A DNA stretch of 64,000 nt from Vampirovibrionaceae bacterium NZW_1234 (GCA_041697335.1 JBGUGD010000023.1:96001-160000), one strand, 5' to 3'. Shown: positions 1 through 11,227, counted from the first letter of the stretch. Numbers and translations are program-made. Notes: generated by a model not told the origin, from the sequence alone.

Positions 1-144
1 GGGACCCATGTGCGTATCAGTTCTAAAGGCATCTGAAAATTGTCCTTCGATTCGTATCGATCTGAATAACATGAACACACTGAATTTCAAAAGTTGCTAT
101 CACTCCAGACCGTTTACGAGGACGGAGGATTGAATCGCAAGCCG

Positions 145-2250
145 TTATAAGTTACATTGTGCTCCTTCTTTGGACAGACGCTGGAGCAGGCACTCCAGCT
201 CACGGCGTTTGGCCTTGTTTTCCTCGGAGGACGGTTGTTCATCGAGACGCTTTATTTCTTCGGAAACCGCTTTTTTCAGCGCTCCATTTTGACGGCAATG
301 GATTTCACGATTCAGTTTATCCAGGTTCTCCTGAAGCGTTTGTGTTTCCCGGGCCAGGTCTTCCGGGCTAAAGAAATCTTTTTGGACCGATTTTTCAGAC
401 TTCCCGTCCCGAACAAGTTCAGTCACATAATTTGTCCGGGGAATTTGCCGTTCGGGGGCAATGTCTTTCCCTGGCGGAGGGGTGCCGCTGGTACCTGATA
501 CGACAATTTGAACGTGTCTGGTGACTTTCTTGCCCTGAGCCAGACAGTTGTACTGTATTTCCTTGTGAGCGGGTTTTGCAGAGACAGTATCCGGATTGGT
601 ATTGAAGCCGACGGCCTTGAGGACGTCAAGCAACATGGTATGGTATGTTTGCTGAACGAGCAGGTCCTGATAGGCGCAATCTTGTTCGGTCGTCTGAGTG
701 GCTTTGTCAATGATGTCTGGCGGGATCGGTTGATCCTTGCATGGCTTCTCCGGCGATGGCTGGCCGACCAGGGAAAGATGTCGTGAATAGGTGGCTTGAA
801 GGTTTATTTGACCCATATTGAGATTGAAAGGGGTGGTCTCCGACCAGGTAGCCCCTGGTTTCCATGGGATGTCCCCAAAAAAAGTGTTCAGCCATTCCGT
901 CATGACGCGTTGGCTGGATAAGGACTCGTTTATTGCACCCTCTGAATCGTCACATCGACAATAAAGCTGGGCATTATGATTCACCATTTCAAGGTTGGGA
1001 CTCGGCACCTCGACGGACAGGCTGGCTTGCCCGTTTTCATCCACCTGGCCGGTAACGTTGACGTCAGTCCTGCCCGCTGGATAGTTAAAGGATCCCTGGC
1101 AGGCGCCGCTGTATACATGGACCATATCAGGCAACATCACGGTTGCTTGACCTGTCACTTTTCCGGTGGACTTGTCCAACACCAGGGGAATCTCTCCCTG
1201 GGTTGGCCAGTTCGTTGTAACCGTTATAGGACAACCCTCGGGATATGCGGATAATTGGAAGTTGACGTCGCCTTTAAAGCGCAAGGTCATTTGGTCATTC
1301 AGGTTTTTATAGCGGTTTTGAGATTGATTTGTGTTGCGTTTGCCGTTATCAGACGGGTTGATTTTGACGGATACTTTGGGCACCGTCAGAACGGCCGAAT
1401 CTGCTGTTGTCATTCCGCTACGTCCATCGGGCAATTGCGCGGTCATTCGTGCCGTAATTCGGGTTTCGCCATGTTGTCGGGCACCGATAAAGGTTGTTTC
1501 TGCAGTGCCTCCTCGTATCGCTGCATTGATAGAGGAAAGATGGCCAACCTGGGGGTTGCTGCTTTCAAAGCGGACAATGCCGCTTGTGATTTCATATCCC
1601 CGTAAATCGGTAACATAGGCTGAAAATGGAGCTTTCCAGTCCTGGGTTAGTTTGAGTTCAGCTTTTTGGGGTTGGAGGTGGATGCAGTTTATGGCCGGTG
1701 CAAACGATTCCGCAATCTGATCGATGGCTTGGCCCAGTTGCCATTCCAAGTCATCCAACGATGTCAGCGGCAAGGTCGATTGAGCTACCTGGCCATTGCT
1801 GTCTATGGCGATTAGCTGGGTCTGGACTTGATACCCCCCTGGGCCACGAACCAGGCGACCCATCAGGCGGAATAGGGGGGTGATGTTTTTCGATGGTTTC
1901 GAACCCAGGCTGAATTCCATTCCCGTTTTGCCACCCATCTGTTTTTGCAGTTGCATCAGTTGGGTTTGGAGGTTTCCCGTGTCGTTTTCATCGAGGTCAC
2001 CGTCATCATTGAAGTCGCCCGGAGGTGGGTTGGTGATAACCACTTCCGAAAGGTTGGATTTGATCTGAGCACTCATGGTCCGTTGAGCCGCATCGACGTG
2101 ATGGGGCGGTAAAAGGCCGTTTGCCTCAAAACGGCCAAGCTCAATTCCAATAGGGCAATTGGGCAATGCATCTGCTGCGTGGGTCGGCAAAACCCACCCA
2201 TAGGATCCCAACAAACCTAATGACAAGGCAACGAACGCCCAATGTCGCAT
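145..2250 (-). CDS. Secreted multidomain hypothetical protein (signal peptide, DxNxDG Ca-binding loop, Ig-like beta region, Cys-rich C-terminus)
   Basis: 701 aa ORF; signal peptide ending in THA-A; DFNDDGDLDEND EF-hand/dockerin-like loop; beta-rich segment resembling invasin/Big domains. Confidence 0.65.
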   Translation of the reverse strand: MRHWAFVALSLGLLGSYGWVLPTHAADALPNCPIGIELGRFEANGLLPPHHVDAAQRTMSAQIKSNLSEVVITNPPPGDFNDDGDLDENDTGNLQTQLMQLQKQMGGKTGMEFSLGSKPSKNITPLFRLMGRLVRGPGGYQVQTQLIAIDSNGQVAQSTLPLTSLDDLEWQLGQAIDQIAESFAPAINCIHLQPQKAELKLTQDWKAPFSAYVTDLRGYEITSGIVRFESSNPQVGHLSSINAAIRGGTAETTFIGARQHGETRITARMTAQLPDGRSGMTTADSAVLTVPKVSVKINPSDNGKRNTNQSQNRYKNLNDQMTLRFKGDVNFQLSAYPEGCPITVTTNWPTQGEIPLVLDKSTGKVTGQATVMLPDMVHVYSGACQGSFNYPAGRTDVNVTGQVDENGQASLSVEVPSPNLEMVNHNAQLYCRCDDSEGAINESLSSQRVMTEWLNTFFGDIPWKPGATWSETTPFNLNMGQINLQATYSRHLSLVGQPSPEKPCKDQPIPPDIIDKATQTTEQDCAYQDLLVQQTYHTMLLDVLKAVGFNTNPDTVSAKPAHKEIQYNCLAQGKKVTRHVQIVVSGTSGTPPPGKDIAPERQIPRTNYVTELVRDGKSEKSVQKDFFSPEDLARETQTLQENLDKLNREIHCRQNGALKKAVSEEIKRLDEQPSSEENKAKRRELECLLQRLSKEGAQCNL

Positions 2251-2506
2251 TGTGATTCCAACTCAGATTAGACGGATATAGGAATGGCTCAATCTTATCA
2301 TGGGACCGGATCCCAGAACGAGGTCTCTGTTTCTCCAGGCTTTATCGGCGAAAATCCGGTCGCGTATTGGGACGTTTGTGTCTTGAACCCCGCTCAAACT
2401 CAACTGATGGGAGGGCCCGCTCGACGCAGGAAACACAGCCTTATCTCAATAGCACGCATTGTCCACTTCACCTCATCTTCGAGGAGAGTGGATGTTGGCA
2501 CAGGGC

Positions 2507-3745
2507 CTAGTTGAAGCTCATTTCGGTGCGGACCTGGTTGCGCTTGAGTTGGTTGGGGATGGGGGCGTAAGGCGCCGCATTTTCGATGGCTTGAACAACG
2601 GCCTGATCGATATCGGCATCCCCCGAAGATTGTTTGATCTGATAGCCCCGTAAATGGCCATCTTTATCCACGTTAAGGGATACCTTGACCCCATTGCCCA
2701 AGGATGCCGCAGGACGGATGAAATGGGTTTTTACCTTTTCATTGACGCCTTCCAGGTACTGTTCCTCATGGGGTGTGGATGAATTGATCTCAGGCTGACG
2801 GGTTGCAGCTTTTGCGCCACTGCCGTTTACCGTGTGGTTGTGCGAGTGCATGTGCCCCGTGGTGGCGGAGGCCACTTTGCGGCCTTGGGTGGTCACTGCG
2901 GCGTATAAATCCTGGCCACGCTGCCATTGGTTGCTGTACAACAGGCGAATAGCCTCAATGTCGTTGCGAGAAAGCTTGGCTTTGTAGTTGAAATATTCAT
3001 CCGCGGATTTCCAGTCGCGGCCGCTTCGCATAATGTCGTCATTATGCGGGCTGTGACCCGAGATGCCCAAGGCATGGCCGATCTCATGCATGATGTCGGC
3101 CTTGATAATCTGATCCGGCAGTTTGACGGTTTTAATCTCAATAGCCGCATGCCCGACGCTAAACGAGGTTTCGCCGGCCTGATCCTTGTCGGCAAACCCG
3201 GCTACCCAGCGGACGGTAATATTGGCATTGCCGGGGTTCTGTACCAATTCGTATTTCAATCGTCCACCCAGGGCGTTGGACCATTCATCCAGGCTTTCTT
3301 TCACAAATACCGGGTATTGTTTCTTGTAGAGCCGGGTTTCCTGGGGATGCGTTTCCACATACACCTTGAGGGGCTTGTTCAGCGTCCGGGTTAAATGAAA
3401 GGTGCGCACAGAGTCCCAGTTGGGATCAAAATCTTCCTGCAGGCTGCCGCTGGAATAGGTTTCCTCATCCTCGGCAGGGCGATAGGTGGGAACCATGCGA
3501 TTGTATTGCTGTAAAATCTCCTGGGCCGGTCGCTGATAGCTCTCTGCCGGTTGGGGCAGGCGACTGATGGCCAATTGCTGAATGGTATTCTTCGGGCCTT
3601 CATAGCGAATCAATCGGCTTGAGTTATGGGTAGAGCCGGTTTCATTCAACCAGTAAATCTTCTCGGCAAAAGCGGTTGGTATGGCAGATACTGCTAAATT
3701 TGCAAGCAGCAGCGCTGCAACCGCAACGCGTACGGCGCACTTCAC
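2507..3745 (-). CDS. Secreted matrixin-like (M10) zinc metalloprotease with C-terminal TonB_C/TolA-like domain
   Basis: Signal peptide AFA-E; HEIGHALGISGH zinc motif plus DIM Met-turn; C-terminal IKQSSGDADIDQAVVQAIENAAPY is typical of TonB_C/TolA. Confidence 0.85.
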   Translation of the reverse strand: MKCAVRVAVAALLLANLAVSAIPTAFAEKIYWLNETGSTHNSSRLIRYEGPKNTIQQLAISRLPQPAESYQRPAQEILQQYNRMVPTYRPAEDEETYSSGSLQEDFDPNWDSVRTFHLTRTLNKPLKVYVETHPQETRLYKKQYPVFVKESLDEWSNALGGRLKYELVQNPGNANITVRWVAGFADKDQAGETSFSVGHAAIEIKTVKLPDQIIKADIMHEIGHALGISGHSPHNDDIMRSGRDWKSADEYFNYKAKLSRNDIEAIRLLYSNQWQRGQDLYAAVTTQGRKVASATTGHMHSHNHTVNGSGAKAATRQPEINSSTPHEEQYLEGVNEKVKTHFIRPAASLGNGVKVSLNVDKDGHLRGYQIKQSSGDADIDQAVVQAIENAAPYAPIPNQLKRNQVRTEMSFN

Positions 3746-4310
3746 TCGTCACTAACTCCCTGATTACTTCTCTTCGTTACCCTCGATAGAGCTGTTACGA
3801 ATATAATAATTTGGATGGGTGATAGATACCTTCAACGCCAGGGGAATTTTGGTGTGGCAGAGGCTTCTTCCCTTGGGTTCAGGCTGTCTGTGTTGGATAT
3901 CGACCAGATATTGTCAAACTTGAATCTGCTGCAATGTGGATCCTCCCTCTTCCCGATATTCCTACCCTCTTCTGGTAAAAGTTAAGGCCCTAACAAGACT
4001 TTAGTGACTAAAGCGTTTTAGGGCCTTGAGATAGACGGAATACTGACTGCTTCAGTCGTTCCGTTCACTATTATGACGAGTGTCCTTGAATTCAATATCC
4101 TCTGGACAGCTGAGTTTTAATAAGAGATGAGAAATCATATATTAAATTTTGTTAACAGGATTGTTTTTTGGCGTGCTGTTTGGGTTTTAGGCTTTCGTTT
4201 TTATACTGGCTTCAATTTGTTTAGTATAATGGTTGAATCGAATGAATTTAGTTGTTTGCGATTTTGGTTTTGGTTGGGTTAGTGAACAAGATGGTGGGAG
4301 GATTCACATC

Positions 4311-4811
4311 ATGAAGGTTGTAACGCCTGCATTGCATGTTTCGGCTGGGATTAGCCGTCCCCGGTTTGGGTATATGACACAAGAGCAAGCTGCTGCGGTG
4401 TTAGAGATGCTGCATCCCAAAGACCGGGCCCGTGAACTGGTGGAAAAACTAGAGGACCTGGCCCGGCAGGAGTTCGGGTTTATGAGTCAGGAGCGTCGGG
4501 CCAACTTGACGGCGCAAAACGACAAAACCCAAAAAGAACTGCTCAAGGTTGTGAAAGAACCCGATTTTGGTAAAAAGGATGCCATTGAACTTTTGGCGTT
4601 TCTCTACAGCAATCGGGACACCTTAAAGCATGAGCTGAAGCCGGAAGTCTTTAAAGCCATTGAGGCCAAGGCAAAGTCGCGTGCGTCTTCGCCACCCCCG
4701 GTGGAAACCGAAATTCCAGAGGCCATTAAGAGACGATTGGGTATCCAGACCGGTGCCGTGACAGCGGAGCAGGTGCTCTCCCAGTTGGGGGTGCTGACAA
4801 ACCAGTCATAA
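4311..4811 (+). CDS. Hypothetical helical protein with N-terminal RFG extension
   Basis: ATG 4311 preceded by GGGAGG SD; followed by a terminator. Confidence 0.7.
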   Translation: MKVVTPALHVSAGISRPRFGYMTQEQAAAVLEMLHPKDRARELVEKLEDLARQEFGFMSQERRANLTAQNDKTQKELLKVVKEPDFGKKDAIELLAFLYSNRDTLKHELKPEVFKAIEAKAKSRASSPPPVETEIPEAIKRRLGIQTGAVTAEQVLSQLGVLTNQS

Positions 4812-4882
4812 ATTGACATCGCGATATTGAGAGAGAGGTTAATCACGGTCATCCATAGACGTATCTAAGATAACCACAGGAC

Positions 4883-4912
4883 AGAGCAAGTGGAGGCTTG
4901 CTCTTCTTTTTT
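4883..4912 (+). terminator. Intrinsic terminator
   Basis: AGAGCAAG-tggagg-CTTGCTCT stem followed by a T-rich tract. Confidence 0.75.
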
Positions 4913-5032
4913 ATGGGCTGCCTCTGGGTTACGGGATTTTTGCATTTTCAAAGAGATTCCCCGACTAGGGAAAATCACGCACTGAAAACTATTTCATACT
5001 AAGGCCAGGAAAAATAGGGATCAGGGGATGGG

Positions 5033-5398
5033 ATGATGCTGGCCCAGTGGACTCATCCGGTCACATGGCCGGAGGCCGCCTACCTGGTGATGGTCGTTTT
5101 TATCATTGCGCTCAATGCCGTGGTGCTTTTCGTGGCCCTCAGGCGCGCCAAGCTGGATGATCTGGAGTGTACCAAGTATGTTGTATTCACTCAGGATCCG
5201 TTTCCCAAAGATGTGCCGGAACCTGCTAAGCCTTTTTATTGTGAACTCAACTATGCCAAGGACCACGCCTTTTGGCGCGGTCTACGGCATCCGCGATTTG
5301 GAACCCACACCCGGTGGATGGGCGTGGTGCTATTAATCTGGTTGGTATGGCTGGTCGTGGTGTTCGGTGCTTTTTTCCGATATCACCTTAACTCCTGA
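5033..5398 (+). CDS. Small two-TM membrane protein; N-terminal half resembles CcoS/FixS
   Basis: TM helix followed by ALRRAKLDDLECTKY, similar to the CcoS WAVRSGQFDDLE pattern; second TM at the C-terminus. Confidence 0.5.
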   Translation: MMLAQWTHPVTWPEAAYLVMVVFIIALNAVVLFVALRRAKLDDLECTKYVVFTQDPFPKDVPEPAKPFYCELNYAKDHAFWRGLRHPRFGTHTRWMGVVLLIWLVWLVVVFGAFFRYHLNS

Positions 5399-5411
5399 AC
5401 GCACCTGTCGC

Positions 5412-5690
5412 TTAGCACTGCTGATTCAGGCGTTCGCGCTCGGCCATAAAAAACTTGTGTGCCGCTCGAAAGCTGGGAATGTTGCTCAGGCTTTTGGGAA
5501 GTGCCTGATTGTTCCCATCCCCAATCGACATGCGATTTAAAAAGCCGGTCATGGCCTGATACACCGAGCCAAAGTTGTCATCTTTTTTGGACGAGCTTTT
5601 GTCTTTGTCGTCTTTATCTTTATCCGATGAGCCTTTGGATTTTTTGGAATACTTGTTTGGAAGTGCAAAAGATGCCATAAAAATGCCCAC
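5412..5690 (-). CDS. Small Lys/Asp/Ser-rich hypothetical protein
   Basis: 92 aa ORF with a G-rich SD-like run before the GTG. Confidence 0.55.
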   Translation of the reverse strand: MGIFMASFALPNKYSKKSKGSSDKDKDDKDKSSSKKDDNFGSVYQAMTGFLNRMSIGDGNNQALPKSLSNIPSFRAAHKFFMAERERLNQQC

Positions 5691-5823
5691 GTGAAACCCC
5701 CCATATCTGTTCTTCGATTGTCCCCCATGCAGTCCACAAAACGTCCTGCATGAGCATAAAACCCAGCTTAAGATTTTTTTTGCTATTGTTTAAAAATTCA
5801 ATGACAGGTTTACATGAACAGCG

Positions 5824-5991
5824 TTACAGGGCAGCCTCCGTCACTCGTCGGCAATAGCCGGCCAGAATGTTTTGCAGTTCATACTCCAACAGTTTGAGAC
5901 GATAGGTGCTATCGTCCTCGTCGGCCTTGTCGGTTTGACTCAAAGACGACAACACCTGGATCAGTTGTTCATCGTCACGTGAAGTTCTCAT
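5824..5991 (-). CDS. 55 aa small protein (MRTSRDDEQL...VTEAAL), not in the ORF track
   Basis: Translated by hand; strong GGAGAGGAG SD just upstream of ATG 5991; TAA at 5824. Confidence 0.65.
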   Translation of the reverse strand: MRTSRDDEQLIQVLSSLSQTDKADEDDSTYRLKLLEYELQNILAGYCRRVTEAAL

Positions 5992-6207
5992 ACTTCTCCT
6001 CTCCTATGCGAATCAATTGAATTGTGTTATGGGAAGAAAAAACAGACATCGTTGGTGAATATCATTGTCCATAAACAATGTCCTGCGACCATACAGGATG
6101 TTCATGATTTTTTTAACACGTCTTTTTTAACACGTCTCGATGGCAAAACAATGATATTGCCGAGGGGTTGTCATCGGCATAAACCAGTGATATGGGTTGC
6201 AAAAGGG

Positions 6208-8022
6208 TTACTTGAAATTGAGGTTTTCCTTGCGTAACCGAATGTTTAATGGGGTCACTTCCATCAGTTCATCCTGCGCAATATAGTCCAACCCAAACTC
6301 CAGGGTGACTTCAATGGGTGTTGACAAAACCTCCAGCACATCGGCGGTGGCGCTTCGCATGTTGGTCAGCTTTTTGGCCTTGCAGACATTCACCAGGAGG
6401 TCGGATTGGCGGTTATGCTCTCCGACGATCATTCCCCGATACACCGTGGTGCGGGGTTTGATGAAATAGGTCCCGCGATCTTCCAGGTTTTTCAGAGAGT
6501 AGGCTGTCGCTTCGCCCGGTTCATGGGCGACCAGAACACCATTGCGGGTGCTGCCGATATCACCCACCCAGGGATGATAGGCGTCAAAGGCGTGTGTCAT
6601 CATACCCTGGCCCCGGGTTAAGCGAATGAAGTCACCTTTGAAGCCCAACAGGCCTCGGGACGGGATGTAGAACTCCAGCAAGGTCCGACCGCCGGTGCTG
6701 TGCATGTGCTTTAACTCGCCTTTGCGTTGGCAGAGCTTTTCGATACAGCCGCCGGTCATGTCTTCGGGCACATCGAGAATCAGGTTTTCAAAGGGTTCAT
6801 TCAATTGCCCGTCAATGGTCTTGGTCAAAACTTCGGGCTTGCTGACCTGGAATTCATAGCCTTCACGACGCATGGTTTCAATCAGAATGCTCAGGTGAAG
6901 CTCACCACGGCCGCTGACCACAAAGCTTTCGGAGGATCCGCCTTCTTCCACGTGAAGACTGATGTTCGTTTTGGCTTCCCGCATCAGGCGATCGCGCAAC
7001 TTGCTGGAAGTCACGTGCTGACCTTCCCGACCGGCCAGAGGGCTGGTGTTGACGGAGAACGTCATTTTTAATGTCGGCTCCTCAATGGCAATCAAAGGCA
7101 GGGGTTCAGGGGTTTCTGTCGCGGTAATGGTTTCTCCAATCTGGGCGTCGGGAATGCCTGCCACAGCAACAATATCACCGGCACCGGCCGTTTCGATTTC
7201 CATGCGCTTGAGGCCCTGAAATCCGAAGAGCTTGCTGACCCGATGCTGGCTGATTTTTCCGCTGCGCTGGACCAGAGAGATGGTTTGGCCCATGTTGATC
7301 TGGCCTCGACGGATTCGCCCGATCAGGATTCGACCCAGATAATCGTTGTAATCAAGGGTCGAGACCTGAAGCTGCAAGGGAGCTTCCTCATTGCCCGGAG
7401 GCTCCGGAATCTTGGCGATGATGGTCTCAAACAAGGGTTCCAGTGTGTCGGTCATGACGGCCGGGTCCAGGGAGGATTTGCCATCCAGACCACAGGCATA
7501 CACCACCGGGAAGTCCAATTGGTGTTCATCCGCACCGAGTTCAATAAACAGATCGATGACGCGATCCACGGCCCGAGCCGGATCGGCGGCAGGGCGGTCC
7601 ATCTTGTTGACGACCACCACGACTGTGAGGCCCAGCTCGAGGGCTTTTCGCAAGACAAACCGGGTCTGGGGCATGGGCCCTTCCACGGCATCCACAACCA
7701 GAAGCGCCCCATCCACCATGGTTAAGACGCGCTCGACTTCGCCGGAGAAATCGGCGTGGCCAGGGGTGTCCAGAATGTTAATCTTGTATTGGTTGTAGGG
7801 AATGGCAGTGTTTTTCGCCAAAATCGTAATGCCCCGTTCCCGCTCCAGGTCGTTGGAGTCCATGGCGCGTTCGGTGACTTGCTCGTTGTCGCGGTAAACA
7901 CCGCTCTGGCGGAACATGCTGTCGACCAGCGTGGTTTTGCCATGGTCAACGTGGGCAATAATGGCAATGTTTCGGATGTTGGGGTTGGTTTTTTCCATGA
8001 TGGGTTGAGGGGCGGTTTGCAT
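6208..8022 (-). CDS. typA: Translational GTPase TypA/BipA
   Basis: [47 protein letters not shown] motifs. Confidence 0.97.
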   Translation of the reverse strand: MQTAPQPIMEKTNPNIRNIAIIAHVDHGKTTLVDSMFRQSGVYRDNEQVTERAMDSNDLERERGITILAKNTAIPYNQYKINILDTPGHADFSGEVERVLTMVDGALLVVDAVEGPMPQTRFVLRKALELGLTVVVVVNKMDRPAADPARAVDRVIDLFIELGADEHQLDFPVVYACGLDGKSSLDPAVMTDTLEPLFETIIAKIPEPPGNEEAPLQLQVSTLDYNDYLGRILIGRIRRGQINMGQTISLVQRSGKISQHRVSKLFGFQGLKRMEIETAGAGDIVAVAGIPDAQIGETITATETPEPLPLIAIEEPTLKMTFSVNTSPLAGREGQHVTSSKLRDRLMREAKTNISLHVEEGGSSESFVVSGRGELHLSILIETMRREGYEFQVSKPEVLTKTIDGQLNEPFENLILDVPEDMTGGCIEKLCQRKGELKHMHSTGGRTLLEFYIPSRGLLGFKGDFIRLTRGQGMMTHAFDAYHPWVGDIGSTRNGVLVAHEPGEATAYSLKNLEDRGTYFIKPRTTVYRGMIVGEHNRQSDLLVNVCKAKKLTNMRSATADVLEVLSTPIEVTLEFGLDYIAQDELMEVTPLNIRLRKENLNFK

Positions 8023-8167
8023 AGGTCGTGATTCTGTCTTCTTGTGGGCTTTATAACAATGACTTCATTTTGAATAGCCCGAACTCGAATGTCAAACCTT
8101 CATTCTGATTTGACGCCAAGATCAGGATGGTTCTCGGTGAAAATAGGGTTGGGATGGATGGATGAAC

Positions 8168-8611
8168 CTAGACCACCGCGTTTTGTACGACGGTGACTTT
8201 GGTCATTTTGTCACCGACCCGGATTTCCGCAGGAACATCGGTGCCGTCCACGAGCTTGCCGAAGACGGCATAGTTCTTGTCCAGAAAACGGGCGGCATTC
8301 AAGGTGATGTAAAACTGGCTGGAGGCACTGTTGGGATCCTGGCTACGCGCCATGCCCAGCACACCGGGGCCGTCGTGGGATAAATCCGGGTGAATTTCCA
8401 GGGGGATAGTCTTGTCGGAGCCGCCGTTGCCGTTGCCCTTAGGATCGCCGGTCTGGATGACAAAGCCCGGCTCCACACGGTGGAAGACTAGGCCGTCATA
8501 AAAGCCGGATTCGGCCAGCTTGATAAAGTTTTCGGTGGTAATGGGGGCCTGTTCGGTAAACAGCTGTGCTCGCATGGTGCCTTTTTCGGTTTCGATAATG
8601 ACTTCGGTCAT
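8168..8611 (-). CDS. Cyclophilin-type peptidyl-prolyl isomerase
   Basis: [37 protein letters not shown]. Confidence 0.95.
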   Translation of the reverse strand: MTEVIIETEKGTMRAQLFTEQAPITTENFIKLAESGFYDGLVFHRVEPGFVIQTGDPKGNGNGGSDKTIPLEIHPDLSHDGPGVLGMARSQDPNSASSQFYITLNAARFLDKNYAVFGKLVDGTDVPAEIRVGDKMTKVTVVQNAVV

Positions 8612-8838
8612 GGGTTAAACTCCTTTTGAGGTCATCGATATGAGGGGCGTATGACACACAATAGAACGAAACGCCCCATTTCGACAACGGCTGTAAGGGC
8701 ATTGGGCGACGCTTTGTGCGAGGGACGTTGATTCAGGCAGGTAATATTTCTTCATAATTTGGTCCAAGTTTTTCTTGAGAGGACTTAAAGACAGCATAGA
8801 ACACAGCAACGCCTAAGGGCTCGATGAAGAGGTAAACG

Positions 8839-8970
8839 ATGTCCGTATTGACCGTCATGATCTATATTCTGGTCATCTCTCGCTTTATTTTAAGCTTGAG
8901 TCGACTTCTGAAGCCGCTTTTGTCCCGTGAAGCCCTTGCTCCCGTCTATGACAGAAACCGCTGGTTTTAA
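8839..8970 (+). CDS. Putative 43 aa single-TM small protein (MSVLTVMIYILVISRFIL...)
   Basis: Translated by hand; GAGGT SD; hydrophobic N-terminal half. Confidence 0.4.
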   Translation: MSVLTVMIYILVISRFILSLSRLLKPLLSREALAPVYDRNRWF

Positions 8971-9312
8971 GGCTTTTTCATTCCCTGGACTTCTCAAAGA
9001 ATTTCATTAGGTAAGGATAGGGCGTTTGAGTCGCCAAAAAAATGCTCCCTCTCTGGAACAGACAGTCGATGAACATTGGATAGGGCTTATTGAGAGTTGT
9101 TTTAATACTATCCATATTCTCATCCCCACAGTTTCTGCTTGGGCTTGCTTAATAAGCTGTTCATCCGGGCTAGCCGCGACAGGCCTTGTAGGAGATTCGG
9201 CTAACCCCAATAATTACTGTTTGGCACAGGTTTGTTTATCCTTACTCAATCGGGCAGAACGGGCCTCGTGTAATCGATACCACTCAACGTATTAGGACCA
9301 AGGAGGCCTCGG

Positions 9313-9630
9313 ATGTCAGCGGTAGCGGATCGTCAAATTACTTGTCGCGTTTGTCAGAAAGATTTTTTGTTTTCTGCCGAAGAGCAGGCGTTTTACCAGG
9401 AAAAAGGGTTTCAAGAGCCTCGCAAGTGCAAAGCTTGCAGAGATGAGGCAAAGCAGCATCGCTATGACTCTCAGGAACAACGGCATGGCGAGTACCGGCG
9501 CCCGCATCGGGAATTATATGATGTGGTGTGTTCAGCCTGTGGTGTGCCCACCAAAGTGCCCTTCGAACCCAAGGGAAGTAAGCCGGTGTATTGCCGAGAT
9601 TGCTTTCAGGCGACCATGGACTATTCATAA
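9313..9630 (+). CDS. Zinc-ribbon protein (zf-trcl plus CxxC-x17-CxxC)
   Basis: CRVC...EQAFYQEKGFQEPRKCKAC and CSAC...VPFEP...PVYCRDCF; AGGAGG SD. Confidence 0.9.
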   Translation: MSAVADRQITCRVCQKDFLFSAEEQAFYQEKGFQEPRKCKACRDEAKQHRYDSQEQRHGEYRRPHRELYDVVCSACGVPTKVPFEPKGSKPVYCRDCFQATMDYS

Positions 9631-9754
9631 TCATCGGTTCGGCCATCTGGGAATGTTGCAGACAATCCGTTAAAACGAGGCCAAGGGCTTGCTCATGGTC
9701 TGTGTTTCAGCGATGATCAGCGCACATGATCCGATAACCAGTTGGATGATTGCG

Positions 9755-10030
9755 ATGAAACGGTTTGTGATTGTTCTGTGTGTTTTAATGGGCCTCTGGG
9801 GCTTTATGTTCTCGGGTTGCAGCCAACATCGGCCTGAAAATCCCGTGATCCGGTTTTGGCATCAAAGCGGGATTGGCGATTATGTTCACGATGTGACTCA
9901 TCCTCGGCTTTCGCTGAAGACCCAGTTCAAGTTGTGGCGGATGTCGCGTCGGGTGCATAAAACCATGTACCGCTGGTCCAAAGACCTGGATACCCGTCTT
10001 CACGATCTGGCAGACGCTTTGCCGATATAG
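9755..10030 (+). CDS. Small putative lipoprotein
   Basis: MKRF plus hydrophobic stretch plus FSGC lipobox. Confidence 0.65.
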   Translation: MKRFVIVLCVLMGLWGFMFSGCSQHRPENPVIRFWHQSGIGDYVHDVTHPRLSLKTQFKLWRMSRRVHKTMYRWSKDLDTRLHDLADALPI

Positions 10031-10072
10031 GCCGGCTGCCTGATAATTTCTTCTTGCGACGAGTGTCTTTGC

Positions 10073-11227
10073 CTATTGTGATTTCGACGTCGGACGGCTG
10101 AGAATGCGTTTCAGCGAATCTTTTACGTCTTGCGACAGCACCTGGGTACCGGGGGGTGTTGCATCCTGTTCCGTAGCCAGTTTGGCGGAGATGCCTACCT
10201 GAGGCCCGGTGGGCTTGGGGAAGGTGGTCAAGGCCATTTTCTGAGCCAGTTTGTCAGACACCAGCTTGAACTGGATCATGCTGTCGCTGTCATCGAAGAC
10301 GGATTTTGTGAAGTTCTCAAAGGCGTTCAAGGGGACCTTGGCTTCGGCACGACGTTGATAAACCAAGACCATGGAGCCGTTTTGGACGTTATAGACCTGC
10401 ATATTACCGGTCACATAGAAGTTGGGTTGCTTGGGCAGTTGATCATGATGGTAGTACAAGTACTTTTCCAGCAAGCCGGACGGCCGGGTCAACTGGTTGT
10501 AGTCAAAGGTGGATCCAACGAAAATGACCCAATCCACAGGGTGGTCTTTGGTGCTCAGCTGGTTGGCCAGGGTCATGATATCGTTTTCATCCGGCTCACC
10601 CGCTTCGATGTAATCACGCATCACCTTTTGATAAACCCCGTCTGCGCCTCTGGCTTTCAGGCGATCATAGGCGTAGATGGGGTTCATCACGTGAAAAGGC
10701 TGGTTTTCCTTGGCAAACTTGATTCGAAACTCTTTTGCGACAGCCGTGGACAGAATCAGAGGCAAGTCCGAAAAGGCTTTGTTCTGGTTGCTATGGTACA
10801 TCACCGGGAATATGGCAATCCCCGGTGATGATGTATTGATGGATTGGAGCTGGGAGGGTGCCTGCGGCGACGGATTCAACGTGGCCGGCTGACCCTGGAC
10901 TTCCGGATTGGGTGCGGATAGGGTTGCCGGTTGGGCCTCAATGGTCGCCGGTGAACCGGGTCTTAACTGCAAGGCCTGCTGAGTGTTGGGCCGGTATTCC
11001 AGCGACTGGATGGCTTCAAAGCTGGTGGTGGGCTGTTGTTTTTGAAATCCTACCGGTACCGTGGTTTTGGCGTGTGCCGGTTGAGATTGGATATCTTCAA
11101 CCGAGGTATAGCTGTAGACGTTCTCCTGGACGGACAGATCCAACGACCAGGCGCTGGGGTACAGGGTTGTTGCCACCAGCATCAGGAAGGCCGTCAGCGA
11201 CAGAAAGATATGCCATTTCTTTGTCAT
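10073..11227 (-). CDS. Secreted/periplasmic hypothetical protein
   Basis: Start re-assigned to MTKKWH (signal peptide ending in AWS); Pro/Gln linker then an alpha/beta domain. Confidence 0.7.
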   Translation of the reverse strand: MTKKWHIFLSLTAFLMLVATTLYPSAWSLDLSVQENVYSYTSVEDIQSQPAHAKTTVPVGFQKQQPTTSFEAIQSLEYRPNTQQALQLRPGSPATIEAQPATLSAPNPEVQGQPATLNPSPQAPSQLQSINTSSPGIAIFPVMYHSNQNKAFSDLPLILSTAVAKEFRIKFAKENQPFHVMNPIYAYDRLKARGADGVYQKVMRDYIEAGEPDENDIMTLANQLSTKDHPVDWVIFVGSTFDYNQLTRPSGLLEKYLYYHHDQLPKQPNFYVTGNMQVYNVQNGSMVLVYQRRAEAKVPLNAFENFTKSVFDDSDSMIQFKLVSDKLAQKMALTTFPKPTGPQVGISAKLATEQDATPPGTQVLSQDVKDSLKRILSRPTSKSQ

